DNA from: Chiloscyllium plagiosum
Lineage: Eukaryota
NCBI RefSeq assembly: GCF_004010195.1
Contig: NC_057755.1
Span: 10,456,954-10,520,953, forward strand
DNA length: 64,000 bases
Direction of reading: 5' to 3'
Positions 62,885 to 64,000 of this stretch are shown here, one piece after another (position 1 is the stretch's first letter; each line of letters begins with the position of its first letter). The position numbers and the translations under genes were made by a program. The notes under the pieces were generated by a model. That model was not told the DNA's origin. It ran no database searches and saw nothing but the letters and a program-made list of their open reading frames with translations.

Positions 62885-64000
62885 AATAACACCGCCACTT
62901 TTTGTTCAATGTTCCTCAAATGTGGGAATGGTGTTAAAGGTGCTTGTTTTATTGCTGCCTGAGGATTTCCAATTGCCTGACATGTATGGCATGTCTGGCA
63001 AAAGTAAAGTACATCCTTGTGCAGTCCACACCATTAACAATGTTTTTGTATTTTGCTTTGAGCTTTTCTTTCCCCAAATGACCTCCTTCTGGTAATTCAT
63101 GTGCTACCCACAAGGATCCTTTCCTTCACCAACTGGTATTGCAACTTGATCAACATCTTCCCATTTCTCATCTGCTTGAGTATGTAATGGTCCTTCATTT
63201 ATTTCATCAAGACTTCCTATTTAAGATAGTAGCACTTGGGAATAGACTCAAAATTTGCTTCAAAATACACTTTTTGACGCAATGCTTCACTTTTTCATCT
63301 TTCTGTTATAATTCAGTTAGTTTCTCTGAACTAAAAAATACCCACTTTGCCCACCACCTAGCCTTATTTGTCTCAAACATTCGATCAATCATAGTCTCTG
63401 ATAATACTCTTCATATACTACACATACCTCCTCTGATAGTGAAGCGAATACCTCAGTAGCTCTATCCACTAACTTTGTTTCGATTAACAAAATCTGTATA
63501 GTCGTTGGCCACTTCGTCTGTTTATCCACCTTCTGAAAAGAGATGCAAAATGCTTCTATATCCTTCTCATCAAATTTAGGCAATACTTGGATATATCTAA
63601 AGAGGTTCCTCCTAGGCCTTTGGCTAGCATGGGTTTTGACATCATCATTATCCTCCTCACTACGTTTACATTCAGCCTTCACCTCCATCCATTTAAGTCA
63701 ACTTCCCTCTCTAAATGTCAACTTCTGAAGTTCAGATTCTCCTTCTTTCTGTTTTTCTTCTCACTCTTTTTCCCTTTCTTCTACTGGGTCCTTCCTCTCC
63801 CTTTCTTTTTGTTCGACTAGGAGGATTCTATATTTTTCTCCTTCCTCTTCCTTTAACCATAAATCAAACTGTTTCAGTTCATTTTCTTGTTGAAGCTGAT
63901 CCATCAGCATTTGAATTCTAGCCATTTCCAAAGATTCCAATATCATTTCCGGCAATTTTAAACATTGATCTATTGCTGTAATTACCTCTCCTTTTCTCAC
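62885..64000 (-). mobile_element. Ty3/Gypsy gag remnant (Gmr1-like, SCAN-related capsid), running off the window
   Basis: A coiled-coil E/K-rich stretch, then LPKFDEKDIEAFCISFQKV...KWP...LLIETKLVDRATEVFASLSEE, frameshifted. Confidence 0.78.

Overview
This is eukaryotic, repeat-dense genomic DNA with four N-gaps. It is almost certainly from a cartilaginous fish: it carries HE1/V-SINE copies, shark-type CR1 LINEs, Penelope-like elements, and shark-type NLR and GPR139-like genes. I can support no intact protein-coding gene. The window is a decaying multigene cluster, and all three pseudogenes lie on the + strand. (1) NLR pseudogene 1 has a NACHT exon at 12126-13848 with only two nonsense codons, an LRR exon at 22355-22549 and a short terminal exon at 22776-22824. 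It is preceded by a triplicated ~1.5-1.9 kb block carrying a 66-nt phase-1 micro-exon whose splice sites are broken differently in each copy. (2) A two-exon GPR139-like GPCR pseudogene lies at 46543-47620 and is largely missed by the ORF track. (3) A second, older NLR pseudogene lies at 58147 to about 59390. The rest is nested CR1, Penelope, Gypsy and SINE debris. It includes three families of hammerhead-like motifs, a 25-bp minisatellite present twice within an old segmental duplication, and two short near-perfect inverted local duplications. All family assignments come from motif recognition by eye, not from database searches, and repeat boundaries are approximate.
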